Positions 1 to 11,300 of a stretch of DNA of 64,000 bases are shown here, piece by piece. A program made the translations under genes and the position numbers. This DNA is from a virus (taxonomy: Duplodnaviria > Caudoviricetes), in IMG/VR virus record IMGVR_UViG_3300028886_000028, positions 96,001 through 160,000 of that record, one strand, 5' to 3'. Position 1 is the stretch's first letter. Every line of letters begins with the position of its first letter. The notes under the pieces were generated by a model. The model was given only the letters and a program-made list of their open reading frames with translations, searched no databases and was not told where the DNA came from.

Positions 1-48
1 AAAACCTTTCTTGAATGGAACGATATTGTTTTCTGGAATATCGCCTGA
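1..48 (+). CDS. 3' end of probable tail assembly chaperone / baseplate-hub assembly protein (partial, not in ORF track)
   Basis: Frame 1 reads KTFLEWNDIVFWNIA then TGA at 46-48. It lies two ORFs upstream of the tape measure gene and overlaps the next ORF in the +1/-2 frame. Confidence 0.6.
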   Translation, partial: KTFLEWNDIVFWNIA

Positions 49-292
49 TTCAGAAAGACTTCTTAAAGAAGAATTGTTTGGGTGCTTCAAGCATATAAAA
101 ATACCTTTTGACGAACTTTTAAAAATGCCAACTAGAGATAGGAAATTTTATATTTTAAAGCATAATGAAGCAACAGATGCTGAAAGACAAGAATATGAAA
201 ATCTTCAAAAAGGTGGAAGCACAAAAACAGAAGCAATTGATGCTTATACAGATATTGACCAACAAAATCTTAAAAACGCTACTAGTAGATAA
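11..292 (+). CDS. Tail assembly chaperone second ORF (gpT-like / T4 gp51-like), probably expressed as a frameshift fusion
   Basis: Only a TTG start, inside the upstream ORF. 'FDELLKMPTRDRKFY' motif is typical of myophage chaperone extensions. Immediately precedes the tape measure gene. Confidence 0.6.
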   Translation: MNGTILFSGISPDSERLLKEELFGCFKHIKIPFDELLKMPTRDRKFYILKHNEATDAERQEYENLQKGGSTKTEAIDAYTDIDQQNLKNATSR

Positions 293-324
293 TGGGAACT
301 TAAAAAGAGTTCCCATTTTTATTT
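291..324 (+). terminator. Rho-independent terminator
   Basis: AATGGGAACT-taaaaag-AGTTCCCATT hairpin followed by a T-rich tract. Confidence 0.8.
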
Positions 325-344
325 CAAAAAAATAATATATATAG

Positions 345-352
345 TATTTATA
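345..352 (+). promoter_or_regulatory. Putative phage late promoter (TATTTATA)
   Basis: Same motif recurs about 15-40 nt upstream of several virion gene starts. Here it follows a terminator and precedes the tape measure gene. Confidence 0.6.
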
Positions 353-391
353 AGTAATTAAATAATTGCATAATATTAGTTTCTATTAAAT

Positions 392-3300
392 ATGTCACCA
401 TTAATAGCACAATTGGCAGCAAAAGGAGGAAAAATAGGAGCATTGGCAAACACTTATATGGAAGCCAGTGCGTGGAAAGATTTTTTTAAACAAATTTCAT
501 CTGATGCCACTTCCATGTTTAACAAGTTAACCGGTCAATGGATTGAAATGCAAGATATAGCATTCCAAACCGGACGTTCTATGGCCATGAGCCGTGAAAT
601 GGCTATGCGTTATGACCGCCAATTAATGCAAACCACAAAAGAGTTAGCGAGACAATATGGCATAACTGCAAAGGAAATTGCTGATTTCCAAAAATCATAT
701 ACAGAAGCCACGGGACGTAATATAATGCTAACTAAGCAGCAAACGGAATCAATGGCTGCTTTGCAGAAAATAGCAGGAGAGAATGCAGGAACACTTATTG
801 ATGAGTTTGATAAAATTGGTGTTGGCATTGAAAGGGCAACTGCATATACTGGGAGATTCCAAGAAAGGGCAAAGGCATTAGGCGTTAGCCCGGCGAAGGC
901 AACTAAGATGATGGCTGATAATATTAAATTGGCAGCATCTTATTCATTTAGAAATGGCGTTTCTGATATAGAGAAAATGTCATTGAAAGCATCATCCATG
1001 AGAATGGATATGCAGGCTGTTATGAACGCTACTGAAAAGTTTGCAGATATTGAAGGTGCTATAAGCAATTCTGCAAATATTCAGATGCTTGGCGGAAGCT
1101 TTGCTAGAGAGTTCAGTAACCCTATGGGCGCTATGTATGAAGCAATGGCTGACCCTAAAGCATTCCAAGATAGAATCCTTAGAACAATACAAGGAAAAGG
1201 TAAATATGATACGAAAACAGGAGCAGTAACATTTGACCCTGTTACCATGCGTATGATGCGCGAAATGGCCAAAAATCTTGGAATGACAGTTGACCAAATC
1301 ACAAACCCTGCAATGGCTCAAGTTCAAAATGATAAAGTAAAACAAGAACTACAAGCAGCAGGAAAATGGGATAAATGGTCTGATATAGAACAAGAAGCAA
1401 TACAAAATCTTTCTAGAACTAATGTAGATTTAGAAACAGGAAAACATCAAGTAGTATATAGGGATGTTAATGGAGAAGAACATAAAGTTGACATTGAAGA
1501 TTTAACAAAAGACCAACTTAAAGTAGCTTTAGACCAACAGAAAACAGAAGAAGAACTATTTGGCGACGTACAAGAAATTAAAGAAATACTTCAAGACACT
1601 TTAGGTCGTGCTAGGGGAACAACATCAACAAAGGAAAATATTAAAGGATTTGGGGAAGAAATAAATTCTTTTATTGCTCAATTCCAAAATATGTGGGCTG
1701 GTAGTTTGTCCGGTTTATTAAATGGTCAACATTTTATGCCTTGGGATGCTATTAGAACTTTAAGTTGGCCTACAGGACAAATGGATGTTGGAACTCACGC
1801 CACTGAAGGTTTGTGGGAAGATTTTTTTAGTGGGACCGGAAAATACTCATTCAAAGAAGGAGGAATTGTTAAACCTGTTAAGCATGCATCATTAGGGACT
1901 ATAATTCCTGGGAGTTCAAGGATGGGTGATAAAACTCCGATAATGGCTAACGCCGGAGAAATGGTTTTAAATCCTCGTGAACAAAAAGGACTTTTTGACT
2001 TACTTAAAGATATTGCAACAACTGGTTTATTAGCATATGGAGGCAATAAACTTGGCAAAAGAATGGGGATGAAAGGAATTGGCACTAATTTAGCTATTGG
2101 CAATTTATTCTCAGGAATGAATATGGGTGTCGGTAGTATGTTAGGAGCAGGCGCAGGGTTAATGATGAGTAATAGAATGATGAGAAGCATGATGCCTATG
2201 GGAATGGGCATAAGCCCAGTTGGTAGAATGGAAGGCTCTATTACACTTATGAATCCTACTGTATTAATGAATGGCCAAACTATCATGAATGGCAGTATTA
2301 GAAATGGAGAAATTGTTGAGCAATTGGAAAACGTAGCAGAAGCAGCAGCTGACGCAAGTAAAAAAACAAGAGGATTCTCATCTAGATTAATGTCTCTTGC
2401 AAGAAGAAGAACAATGATGGGTGGCATAACAAGGTTTATGCTACATGCAGATAGAAAAAGAAGAGCATTTGGAAGTAGAATATCTAACGGTTGGCTTGGA
2501 CATTTTTACAGAACTAGAGCAGCTGAAGTAAAAATACTAAATGCTAAAGCATTAGATAAACTATCAGACTTAAAAGTAGTAAAAGGTGCTAAAAACCTTA
2601 AAGCAGATATTAAATCTTTGTTTGCTTCTCCTGTTGTTGAAGAACAAATAGAAAATGCATCTATAGAAAATGGCGCAGCAAATGTTAAAAATAAGCCAAA
2701 AAAAGGTAAAAATGCTAAAGCCACAAAAACTCTCAAAGATGTTAAAAAATCAAATGCAGTGGCGAAAGCAGCAAAGGCATCAAATGAAACAACAAAGGCT
2801 GTAAGTAAAGTAGGCAAAACTATTGGAGGAATAGGAAAAGTAGGGAAAATATTAGGCAAAGCAGCCGGCCCAATTGGTGCTATAATGGCTATAGGTAGTG
2901 CTGTTGGAGATATTTCATCTGCATCAAGCCAATATGATGCAAAAATTGATGAGATAAACAATAGTGGAATGTCAGAACTTGACAAAGCTCGTGCCAAAGA
3001 TAGAGCATCTAAAGAAAAGAATGCAGGTTATGGAATTTCTATAGGAGACGCTGTTGGCGCAGCTGCCGGTGCAGCATTAGGTTCTGCATTGGGTCCATTG
3101 GGCATGATTGCCGGTGGTTGGTTAGGAGAAAAAGCAGGAAGTTTTATAGGAAAAGGAATTGGAGGATTATTTGGTGGCGGAGAAGAAAGGAAGTTCAAAA
3201 AGGAGCAAAAAAAACTATTTGGAGAAGAAAGAATCAAATCAAACGGAGAGGCTGTTAAAATATTAACATCAATAGACCACAAACTTTCTATTATTTCAAG

Positions 3301-4048
3301 TAAGTCAATAGGCGTTACAAAAACTCATTTAGCATCTCCTTCATTGCCGGACATTGGTAAAAAAATATTTGGTTCTGCTACTGATGAAGTTACTAATGTT
3401 ATCAATAATGTTAAAGAATCGTCAATAGTAAAAACTTTTACAAGTCAGGCTAAAGAAAAGATAAAATATTTGTCAAGCGATGGAAGTTTTTTTCAAAGTA
3501 AAAAATCTCCAATGGACGAAATGTATTCTGCTATGAAAACACCAATTTTAAATGATAGATTGAAAAAATATGGTATAGATAATAATACAATAAATTCTAT
3601 AGCAGAACCAGTTGATTCATTAAAAAAAACAGCACAAAAGCAAGTAATACAGAACATTGATAATAAAATAGCAAGTCCTACAGTACAACCTATTGAAAGG
3701 CTTAAAACAAGTTTTTCTTTAGAGCCTTCTTCAACAAAAGTACAAGCAATACCTGATAAAACTACATATTTAAGAGTTAATCCTTCAAAACAAGAAACAG
3801 TAAACGGTAATTCTGTTAATTTAGGAAAAGGCGACATAAATTTAAATGTTAACGGTACTATTAAACTTGAAGGTGGCAATAAATCTGTTGACCTTGATTT
3901 AAATAAATTATTGGATGACCCTTCATTTAGAAGACAACTTACAGATGTTATTACTAAAATGTTAAATGAAAATAGCAATAGTGGTAAGAGAAATATGGAG
4001 TCAGAAAGAAATAATATGGCAAGAATATATAATAGGTCGGGCAGTTAA
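392..4048 (+). CDS. Tape measure protein
   Basis: 1218 aa, Ala/Met/Gly-rich helical protein with a 'GGIV...GDKTPIMANAGEMVLN' motif and a glycine zipper (GAAAGAALGSALGPLG). Sits between chaperone and baseplate genes. Confidence 0.85.
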   Translation: MSPLIAQLAAKGGKIGALANTYMEASAWKDFFKQISSDATSMFNKLTGQWIEMQDIAFQTGRSMAMSREMAMRYDRQLMQTTKELARQYGITAKEIADFQKSYTEATGRNIMLTKQQTESMAALQKIAGENAGTLIDEFDKIGVGIERATAYTGRFQERAKALGVSPAKATKMMADNIKLAASYSFRNGVSDIEKMSLKASSMRMDMQAVMNATEKFADIEGAISNSANIQMLGGSFAREFSNPMGAMYEAMADPKAFQDRILRTIQGKGKYDTKTGAVTFDPVTMRMMREMAKNLGMTVDQITNPAMAQVQNDKVKQELQAAGKWDKWSDIEQEAIQNLSRTNVDLETGKHQVVYRDVNGEEHKVDIEDLTKDQLKVALDQQKTEEELFGDVQEIKEILQDTLGRARGTTSTKENIKGFGEEINSFIAQFQNMWAGSLSGLLNGQHFMPWDAIRTLSWPTGQMDVGTHATEGLWEDFFSGTGKYSFKEGGIVKPVKHASLGTIIPGSSRMGDKTPIMANAGEMVLNPREQKGLFDLLKDIATTGLLAYGGNKLGKRMGMKGIGTNLAIGNLFSGMNMGVGSMLGAGAGLMMSNRMMRSMMPMGMGISPVGRMEGSITLMNPTVLMNGQTIMNGSIRNGEIVEQLENVAEAAADASKKTRGFSSRLMSLARRRTMMGGITRFMLHADRKRRAFGSRISNGWLGHFYRTRAAEVKILNAKALDKLSDLKVVKGAKNLKADIKSLFASPVVEEQIENASIENGAANVKNKPKKGKNAKATKTLKDVKKSNAVAKAAKASNETTKAVSKVGKTIGGIGKVGKILGKAAGPIGAIMAIGSAVGDISSASSQYDAKIDEINNSGMSELDKARAKDRASKEKNAGYGISIGDAVGAAAGAALGSALGPLGMIAGGWLGEKAGSFIGKGIGGLFGGGEERKFKKEQKKLFGEERIKSNGEAVKILTSIDHKLSIISSKSIGVTKTHLASPSLPDIGKKIFGSATDEVTNVINNVKESSIVKTFTSQAKEKIKYLSSDGSFFQSKKSPMDEMYSAMKTPILNDRLKKYGIDNNTINSIAEPVDSLKKTAQKQVIQNIDNKIASPTVQPIERLKTSFSLEPSSTKVQAIPDKTTYLRVNPSKQETVNGNSVNLGKGDINLNVNGTIKLEGGNKSVDLDLNKLLDDPSFRRQLTDVITKMLNENSNSGKRNMESERNNMARIYNRSGS

Positions 4049-4092
4049 TTTTCTATTTAACATTTACAAATTAAAAATATATTTTAAACATT

Positions 4093-7000
4093 ATGGGTTT
4101 TTTAGATACAACATCAAAGATTCTAGATACGGCTTCAAAAGCTTTAAATGAAGCAGCATTTGGGGATATTAGAAATATCTTCAATAATGGAGAAATGTAT
4201 ACTTTTATGATGCGCCCTATAGGACTATATCAGAAAAGTTATGGGTTTATGCTAAATCATATATATAGGAATATAGGAAACACTGAATACACATTTGATG
4301 GCTATAGTACACAAGTTGGAGAATTAGCCAATCCATTTTATAATACTCTTACACGTATTCCCTGGTTTTATTTAGATGATTTTAAAAAAAGTACTTCTAA
4401 TTATCTTGAATATATAAGGGAAACATATGGGGCAGCGCTTAGTGTGGAAAACATAAATACAAATGATATATTCCACATAAGTGACAAAGCATCAGAAGTT
4501 GGGTCTGTAGATGGCATATATGCTATTGATAATATGGTTAATGACGGTCAATTATTGCCAAATAAAAATGGAACCGGCGCTGATACACATATGGCTATTG
4601 AAAGTGGTTATTATAATAAAGAAACGCTAAAGAATGCTGTTGTAACAAATAACACTAGATACGAATATGGTAATAATATAACATCAAATCTTGGCGATTA
4701 TTTAGGATTAACTGCAAATAATGTCACTAAAGAAAAAACATATTATGCAAAAGTAGATACAGAAACAGGAAGATTAGCAGATGGAGTATTTAATCCTTTA
4801 TCTAATGTTGAAGGACCTATAGGAAAAAATAATTGGGGCAAAAATATTGATAATTTAAATGGAACTAATGGTTTTTATGATGGCATTTATAAGGCAACTA
4901 GTAAAAAATCAAAAGGTTTTTATAAAGAAGCAATATCAAAAAACAAATATTATTTTAATGTAGAAGATTCTGATGCTAATACTTATTTTTTAGATACTTC
5001 TATAGTACCTTCAATTGATGAACAAAATATAAGATATATATTTAAAACAGTTTCTGGTGAACATTCAAATGTTAGTGATATAAAAAATGGTGGCGTATAT
5101 GTTTACACTGAAAATGAATATGGGGTTTCAACTAATATTACGTATGCTAGTTTTAACTCAGGCACAAGATTTAGTAGATACACTTCTTACAATACAGGAT
5201 TAACAGCAAATGATTTATTAAAAAAGACTAATGAACGTTTTAAAAAAGGCAATTACAAAACCATAATTGCAAGATTCCATACTGATGCAGATGAAGCTGA
5301 AAATACAGATACAACACAAACTGCTATAAGCGAAAAATTTGGTTTGTCACATGGAAGAAATCTTTTAAAAGTCACACCTGATAAATCTGAGGAATATGAT
5401 AATCCATATTGTAGGGTGTGGACTTTCCATCATCAATATCATAGATTGGCTGATGCTATAAGGCCGTTACCATATACTGCTGAAGAACTATATAATAAGT
5501 ATAATTTTAGTGCATTTACTGCTGACCATTCTGAAAAGGGGTTTGAAAACGGTAGAGTAAGATTAAAAAGATTTGGCACTTTAAATAAGAATAATGGACT
5601 GGTAAATATTACGCCGATTGAAAGTGGTGATGAAAAGAAAAGGGTAGACATAAAAAATTGTATGTTTTCAATTGAAAATCTTGCATGGAAAGATGCTTTT
5701 AGTACTGATGCTACGTCAAGAAAAACTTTTCAAGCAGGCGGCTTATCTCCAGAACAAAAAGGCCCATTTGGCGGAAGAATTATGTGGTTTCCACCTTATG
5801 ATTTAAAATTTAATGAAAATATTAGTGTTAATTGGAATGAAACTAATTTCATAGGGCGTGGAGAAGGCATATATACATATACTAATACTACAAGAAGTGG
5901 CAATTTAAGTTTTAAAATATTGGTTGACCATCCTTCTGTTATAAACTATTGGGAAAATAGAGGTAAAAGTTATAGCAATTCAGTAGATGAAGTTAATGAC
6001 CCAGAACAACAGTTATTAAGATTTTTTGCAGGATGCGATATGTTAACAGCAAAATCAGGACCAAATCCTGAACCTCAACCTGTGATTAAAGAAAATGCAC
6101 TACCTTCTCCCGATACACAAGTTATAAAATTTTTTGTGTTTTATCCAAACAATTATAGTGGCATTTATGATGATACTGATTTTGCAATGAAATATTTGAC
6201 AAATGGTTTGGGAGCAGGTAAAATTAAAAATAATAGCACAGGTAAAACTGTAGATTATAATGTTCCTTATACAAATGCAGAAAATGGTTTTGGAGGATAT
6301 GAAATGATACCGGGTAAACCTATCAGTATAGTTAAAACTCAAACAGATAATAACCCTCACATAGCAGATACAAATGTTGGTAATACTGAAGTAAAACTTT
6401 ACGTACAAGAAGGTGATAACACTAATACATGGTGGCAAAGGAAATGGTATTATAGAGTAGATAAAACATATAAAAATCAGCTTCTTAAAAAAGAAAGTTA
6501 TATTGATAGGGAAAGCTATGGCTTAAATTCTACGGTAGGACTAACTAAAATAATTGAGCATTTTGGAATTAAAGATAGTAACAACGTTTATAGTTTTGCT
6601 GACGTTTATGCTGCGCTTGAAGGCGGAGAGGCTAGAACTGTTTTATCCGGTTTATATGATGTATCGAAGGTGAATGAATTCATAAACGCCATAAAACAAT
6701 ATGGTATTGACCATGTTGAATGTATAGGAAGAGCATCTACACAAGGCCATAGCAATTTAAATGTTGATTTACAATTAAACAGAGCAAGGAATGTACAAAG
6801 ATGGCTAAGTAAATGTTCATATTTTGATGCAAATAAAATTTCAGCAGTTACAGGTGGAACTGGTGGCGATGGCGTTGGCATTAATTCTGGTGATGAAAGC
6901 GCGATTTCTAATAAATTATGGCGTTGTGCTGAAGTTAATATATATTTGAAAAAATCAGCATCTAAAACTGTTCAATCGTCACTTACTGAGAGGCAAACAA

Positions 7001-8052
7001 ATATTAAAGAAGAAGAAGGGCATCCAGTTAATATATTAAACACTCCTCAAAATACAATTTCTAATTCTCAAAATATGGGAATAGAAAGAATAAAAAATTT
7101 TAATGACTTATCAGGAAACAAATTAATAGAAGAAAAGGTTATTAAGGATAGAATAACAAGTATTAGATTGAATAATTTGAGCGACAATATAAATGGTTTG
7201 GCTTTAAATTTAAAAAACAGTGTTAGAAATGGTAATGTTAATGTAAATAGTGTATTTGATGCTGTTGCTGATTTTTCTGAACATTCTAAACATTTCCAAT
7301 ATGACAGTTTAGGGTACATAACAAATGGATTAAGAGGCAAGAGTACATTTAATTATGCCCTTAATGAAATGCACGATAATTCAGCCCAAGATGAAGTTGC
7401 AGGATATAACAATACTGTTAGTGATAAAACAGAAGTTGCAACTGTTAATGGCAAAAATAATTATTCTACAAGAGAGGGTACTAACAATAATAGTGTTACT
7501 AGGTATGATAATGAATCAAAGTTCTTCTCTATGTTAGAAAAAGAAGAGCCATTTTTACATCATAAGATAAGTGATAAAATTAAATATTTTGACCCTGCTT
7601 TTCATTCAATAAGTCCTGAAGGGTTTAACGCAAGATTAACATTCTTACAGCAGTGTACAAGACAAGGGCCTACTATTGGAAGTAGTGATAATTATACAGA
7701 AAACAACACTGCTAATAATTTGGCTTTTGGAAGGCCCCCAGTATGCATATTAAGAATTGGTGATTTTTACTATACTAAAATATTAATAGAAAGTATGTCA
7801 TTCAATTTTGACCCTTTAATGTGGGATTTGAACACAGAGGGTATTGGAGTTATGCCAATGATTGCAAATGTTGATATTAATTTCAAATTCATTGGCGGAA
7901 GTAGTCTTGCCGGTCATATCACAAGGCTTCAAAATGCTCTTTCGTTTAACTATTATGCTAATACTGAGGTTTATGATGATAGGTCTGAACTTGCTGATTA
8001 TGACGAGAATGGTAATATTGAAAGATTAGGAGTGCAAAATTCAAATAATTAA
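4093..8052 (+). CDS. Baseplate tube-initiator-like protein (gp48/gp54-like fold) with inserted OmpA-like domain
   Basis: Tube-like segments 'FPPYDLKFNENISVNWNETNFIGRGEGIYTY..TRSGNLSF' and 'PPVCILRIGDF...DINFKFIG'. OmpA-like 'GRASTQG..LNVDLQLNRARNV...R'. Follows the tape measure gene. Confidence 0.6.
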   Translation: MGFLDTTSKILDTASKALNEAAFGDIRNIFNNGEMYTFMMRPIGLYQKSYGFMLNHIYRNIGNTEYTFDGYSTQVGELANPFYNTLTRIPWFYLDDFKKSTSNYLEYIRETYGAALSVENINTNDIFHISDKASEVGSVDGIYAIDNMVNDGQLLPNKNGTGADTHMAIESGYYNKETLKNAVVTNNTRYEYGNNITSNLGDYLGLTANNVTKEKTYYAKVDTETGRLADGVFNPLSNVEGPIGKNNWGKNIDNLNGTNGFYDGIYKATSKKSKGFYKEAISKNKYYFNVEDSDANTYFLDTSIVPSIDEQNIRYIFKTVSGEHSNVSDIKNGGVYVYTENEYGVSTNITYASFNSGTRFSRYTSYNTGLTANDLLKKTNERFKKGNYKTIIARFHTDADEAENTDTTQTAISEKFGLSHGRNLLKVTPDKSEEYDNPYCRVWTFHHQYHRLADAIRPLPYTAEELYNKYNFSAFTADHSEKGFENGRVRLKRFGTLNKNNGLVNITPIESGDEKKRVDIKNCMFSIENLAWKDAFSTDATSRKTFQAGGLSPEQKGPFGGRIMWFPPYDLKFNENISVNWNETNFIGRGEGIYTYTNTTRSGNLSFKILVDHPSVINYWENRGKSYSNSVDEVNDPEQQLLRFFAGCDMLTAKSGPNPEPQPVIKENALPSPDTQVIKFFVFYPNNYSGIYDDTDFAMKYLTNGLGAGKIKNNSTGKTVDYNVPYTNAENGFGGYEMIPGKPISIVKTQTDNNPHIADTNVGNTEVKLYVQEGDNTNTWWQRKWYYRVDKTYKNQLLKKESYIDRESYGLNSTVGLTKIIEHFGIKDSNNVYSFADVYAALEGGEARTVLSGLYDVSKVNEFINAIKQYGIDHVECIGRASTQGHSNLNVDLQLNRARNVQRWLSKCSYFDANKISAVTGGTGGDGVGINSGDESAISNKLWRCAEVNIYLKKSASKTVQSSLTERQTNIKEEEGHPVNILNTPQNTISNSQNMGIERIKNFNDLSGNKLIEEKVIKDRITSIRLNNLSDNINGLALNLKNSVRNGNVNVNSVFDAVADFSEHSKHFQYDSLGYITNGLRGKSTFNYALNEMHDNSAQDEVAGYNNTVSDKTEVATVNGKNNYSTREGTNNNSVTRYDNESKFFSMLEKEEPFLHHKISDKIKYFDPAFHSISPEGFNARLTFLQQCTRQGPTIGSSDNYTENNTANNLAFGRPPVCILRIGDFYYTKILIESMSFNFDPLMWDLNTEGIGVMPMIANVDINFKFIGGSSLAGHITRLQNALSFNYYANTEVYDDRSELADYDENGNIERLGVQNSNN

Positions 8053-8064
8053 AAAAATATATTT

Positions 8065-8388
8065 ATGGCAACATACGACCGTTATTATAAATTTAGAAGG
8101 GATGGTAAAATATTACATGTTCCTTTCATAGAAATACCTAAAAGGGAAACTGATTATTACACATATTATGTTGCTGGTAAGACAAGACTTGATTTATTGT
8201 CTTACCAGTATTATGGCGATGCCAATTATGATTGGCTAATAATGCAAGCTAATCCTGAATATGGCTCATTAGAGTTTATGATACCAACAGGGTCTAGGAT
8301 TAGAATACCTTACCCTTTAGAGAATGTTATTGCTCAATACAATAACGATATAGATGTTTACGAAGAATTATATGGTTTAACAAATTAA
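8065..8388 (+). CDS. LysM-like baseplate wedge protein (T4 gp53 / P2 gpX-like)
   Basis: 'RLDLLSYQYYGDANYDWLIMQANP...GSRIRIP' signature. Confidence 0.8.
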   Translation: MATYDRYYKFRRDGKILHVPFIEIPKRETDYYTYYVAGKTRLDLLSYQYYGDANYDWLIMQANPEYGSLEFMIPTGSRIRIPYPLENVIAQYNNDIDVYEELYGLTN

Positions 8389-8392
8389 TTAA

Positions 8393-11300
8393 ATGAAAAG
8401 GACTAAAGTAGGTAATATAGAGAATAACATTATATATGTTGAGCCTAATTATGTGTTTTCTACAGAGGAATATGGAATAAATGGGCTTAACACATATGAG
8501 TTTGCGCCTCCGCTTGAAGATTATAGTATTTTTGTAAATCTTGAAGTTGAAGTAAGAGGTAGAAATGTACAGTCTAGTAAATCATCTAATAATAGAAAAC
8601 TTATATTAAGTTTTGTAACAAACACAGATGGTTCTAGTGCTGTTAATTTCATGCAAGGTTCTAAAATTCCTATAGGAGAAAAAGGAGCTTCAATTAATTC
8701 TTTAACTACTAACTATACTGATATATTTCTTGGAGATTTAAAAAGAAACGGGCCTTCAACAGAAACATTCGGAATACAGTCAATTGATATTTCTTATAAT
8801 TCTTATATGGTTCCTGAAGTGACAATTGAATTCATAGATGTTCGTGGAGTTGCACTTTTTGCACAAAAAGAATATTATGAAACCAATAAAAATATAGATG
8901 AAGCCATAAACAGCAATAATAAAGAAGATATTGCAAATACTTTTTTCCAATGTTTTTTTACTTTCCCATATCCTAAATTTACTATATTAGTGAAAGGATT
9001 TTATGGGCAACCAGTTTCTTACGAATTAACTTGTGCTGATTTTAGAGCCAGATTCGATTCTAAAACAGGTAATTTCGCATGCACTGCAAAATTTGTAGGT
9101 TATCATTTTTCATTCCTTAATGACGTAATGATGAATGGTATTGTGGCAGCACCTTATTCTGATTACATAGGAGCAAGTTATTGGGAAGAAAGGAATTTTA
9201 AACTTATAGGAAACTCAGGCCAAGAAGTTAACTTGCCAAAAATAGGCTGGTTGCTCAATAAAATGAAAGATATTGAGGCTAATGCTATTAAAATGGCTCA
9301 ATCAGACCCGGCAGCACAAGAAAAAATAGAACTTGATAATAAAACTAACAGATACCAAAATATTGAAAGCGCTTATAATAAATTTGTTAACGAAATAGAT
9401 AGATTAGTTTTAGAGAAAAATGAAAGAGAAGATTTGTATTATAGAGTTAATACAGATAACGGTGCTTTAAGAGGCGCAGTAATGCTAACACCTACTGAAA
9501 ATGGTAAAGAATTTAGAGTGCATTTTGCTGATATATCAGGCCAAATAAAAGGCGTATATGATAGGCTTGAAAGTTTATTGGACGAATATAATAACGAATT
9601 TCCAAATGAGAAATTACCAAAACCAGACAGATTTTATGATAGCACACCAAGTCTAAGAATAACTGACCAAGGAAATGATGGTACTAAAGCCACAATGTAT
9701 ATTAAGGGTAATGAAGACATTAAAAATGACTACAAAAATCTTTTTGATGCTTTCAAAAAAGGCGTAGATGACGGTAATTTACAAGGCTATAATCCATTAT
9801 TAGATTATCGAAGTGTTTATTATTACAAAGATAATAAATTCGCGTCAACTCTTGAAGAATACAAAAAAAACAATGCAGAAAAAACAACAGATGTAGAGAA
9901 AAAAATAGAAAAAATAGTAGACACTGCTATATCTGAAGCATTGGGTTTTCATCCAACTGTAGAAAACATGACAAGAATTGTAATGGCTCATTTTGAGACA
10001 TTCGCAAGAATGATATTTAAAACTGCACAAATTATTTGTGATGAAAAACCATCTAGAACAATTAGGTCTTTAGGAGTTAGCGACGCTCGTGATATTAATG
10101 ATGTGCCAAATAAAGGCGGAAGTTACGATATTGTTGTGCCTCCATTCCCTAAAGTAGTCACTGAAGTCAAAAGAGAAAACTCAACAATTAGAGAAGAATC
10201 TTGGGTTGGAGATTATCCTGGAGATTTTAGAGAAAAAGATTTAGTACACGGCATTATTAATGGAGTTAAAGAGGTTGCAAAAGACATTGCCACATATGAA
10301 TCAACAGGAGATACGCCTTCTTATGGCGGTTCTGAAACCTCAAAAAACGCTGTTATGAGATTTCCACTATCACCAATTGATATGGTTGCAGATAGTAATC
10401 CTTATTTATCAGGTGGATACGACCCAAATGATGTTTCTTCATTGTTAGGACTTGTTGCTTTGAGAGCAATAAACATTTTTGGAATGACCAATTTTAAAGA
10501 TTGGGATTCTAATGCCAAGACAATTGGAGTAGCAGAAGCATATAATTTCCTTGATGACCATAAACTTAGTAAAGAAATGTTACAAAAACTTTCTAACATT
10601 TCTGGCGGCGATGTGGTATCTATGCTACAAGGTAATAGTAATGGTTTAATAAAGCGTCCTGGAGACGGTACTAAGCCTTGGCCTTGGAGTTTAGAGGTCA
10701 ACATAGGAAAAGATGGTATAATAGCCTCAAATGGCGATTTAAACGCTTGCAGAGTTAAGGCTGAGAAAAATGCTAATGGTACTGAGGTAGATGGCTTTTC
10801 TGTACCTTATCAAAGCCTTTCTTGGACTAATTACAAAAATGAAGTTTTAAGTTTTAATGGAAATAAAGCAGCTTGGTCTAACAATTACATTAACAGCAAG
10901 GGGTATGCTAATTTAACTAAAAATAATATTTTCACATTTGATACAAATATAAGTAGATTTTCTGCTATAGCAGAAGACCAATTAAAAGGATTAGATGGAA
11001 TTGATGTTTACCAAACAAAATTCACAAATGAATGTAAATACGATAAAGAAAAATACGAAAAAATTTTAAAAAATGCTGATAATGTTATTTCTTATGTCAT
11101 AGAGAATGCTTCTTCAATAGTTCCTTCTGATGGCTCATGTATGCTTCCAACATCAAAAAATGTATTTTCTAACAAATCTTTCGAGCATGGGTATAATTTA
11201 GATTATTTTAATGATGAATATCCCGGAGAAGGCTCAAGTGGACAATGGTGGTGGAAAGATGGATGGAAAGATAAAGATGGAAATGAAGTTAAAAGAAAAG

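Noticed and set aside
8059-8066. ATATTTAT overlapping the ATG of the LysM gene (also an intragenic copy near 15431)
   Set aside because: Wrong spacing for a promoter, and chance matches are expected at this AT content.
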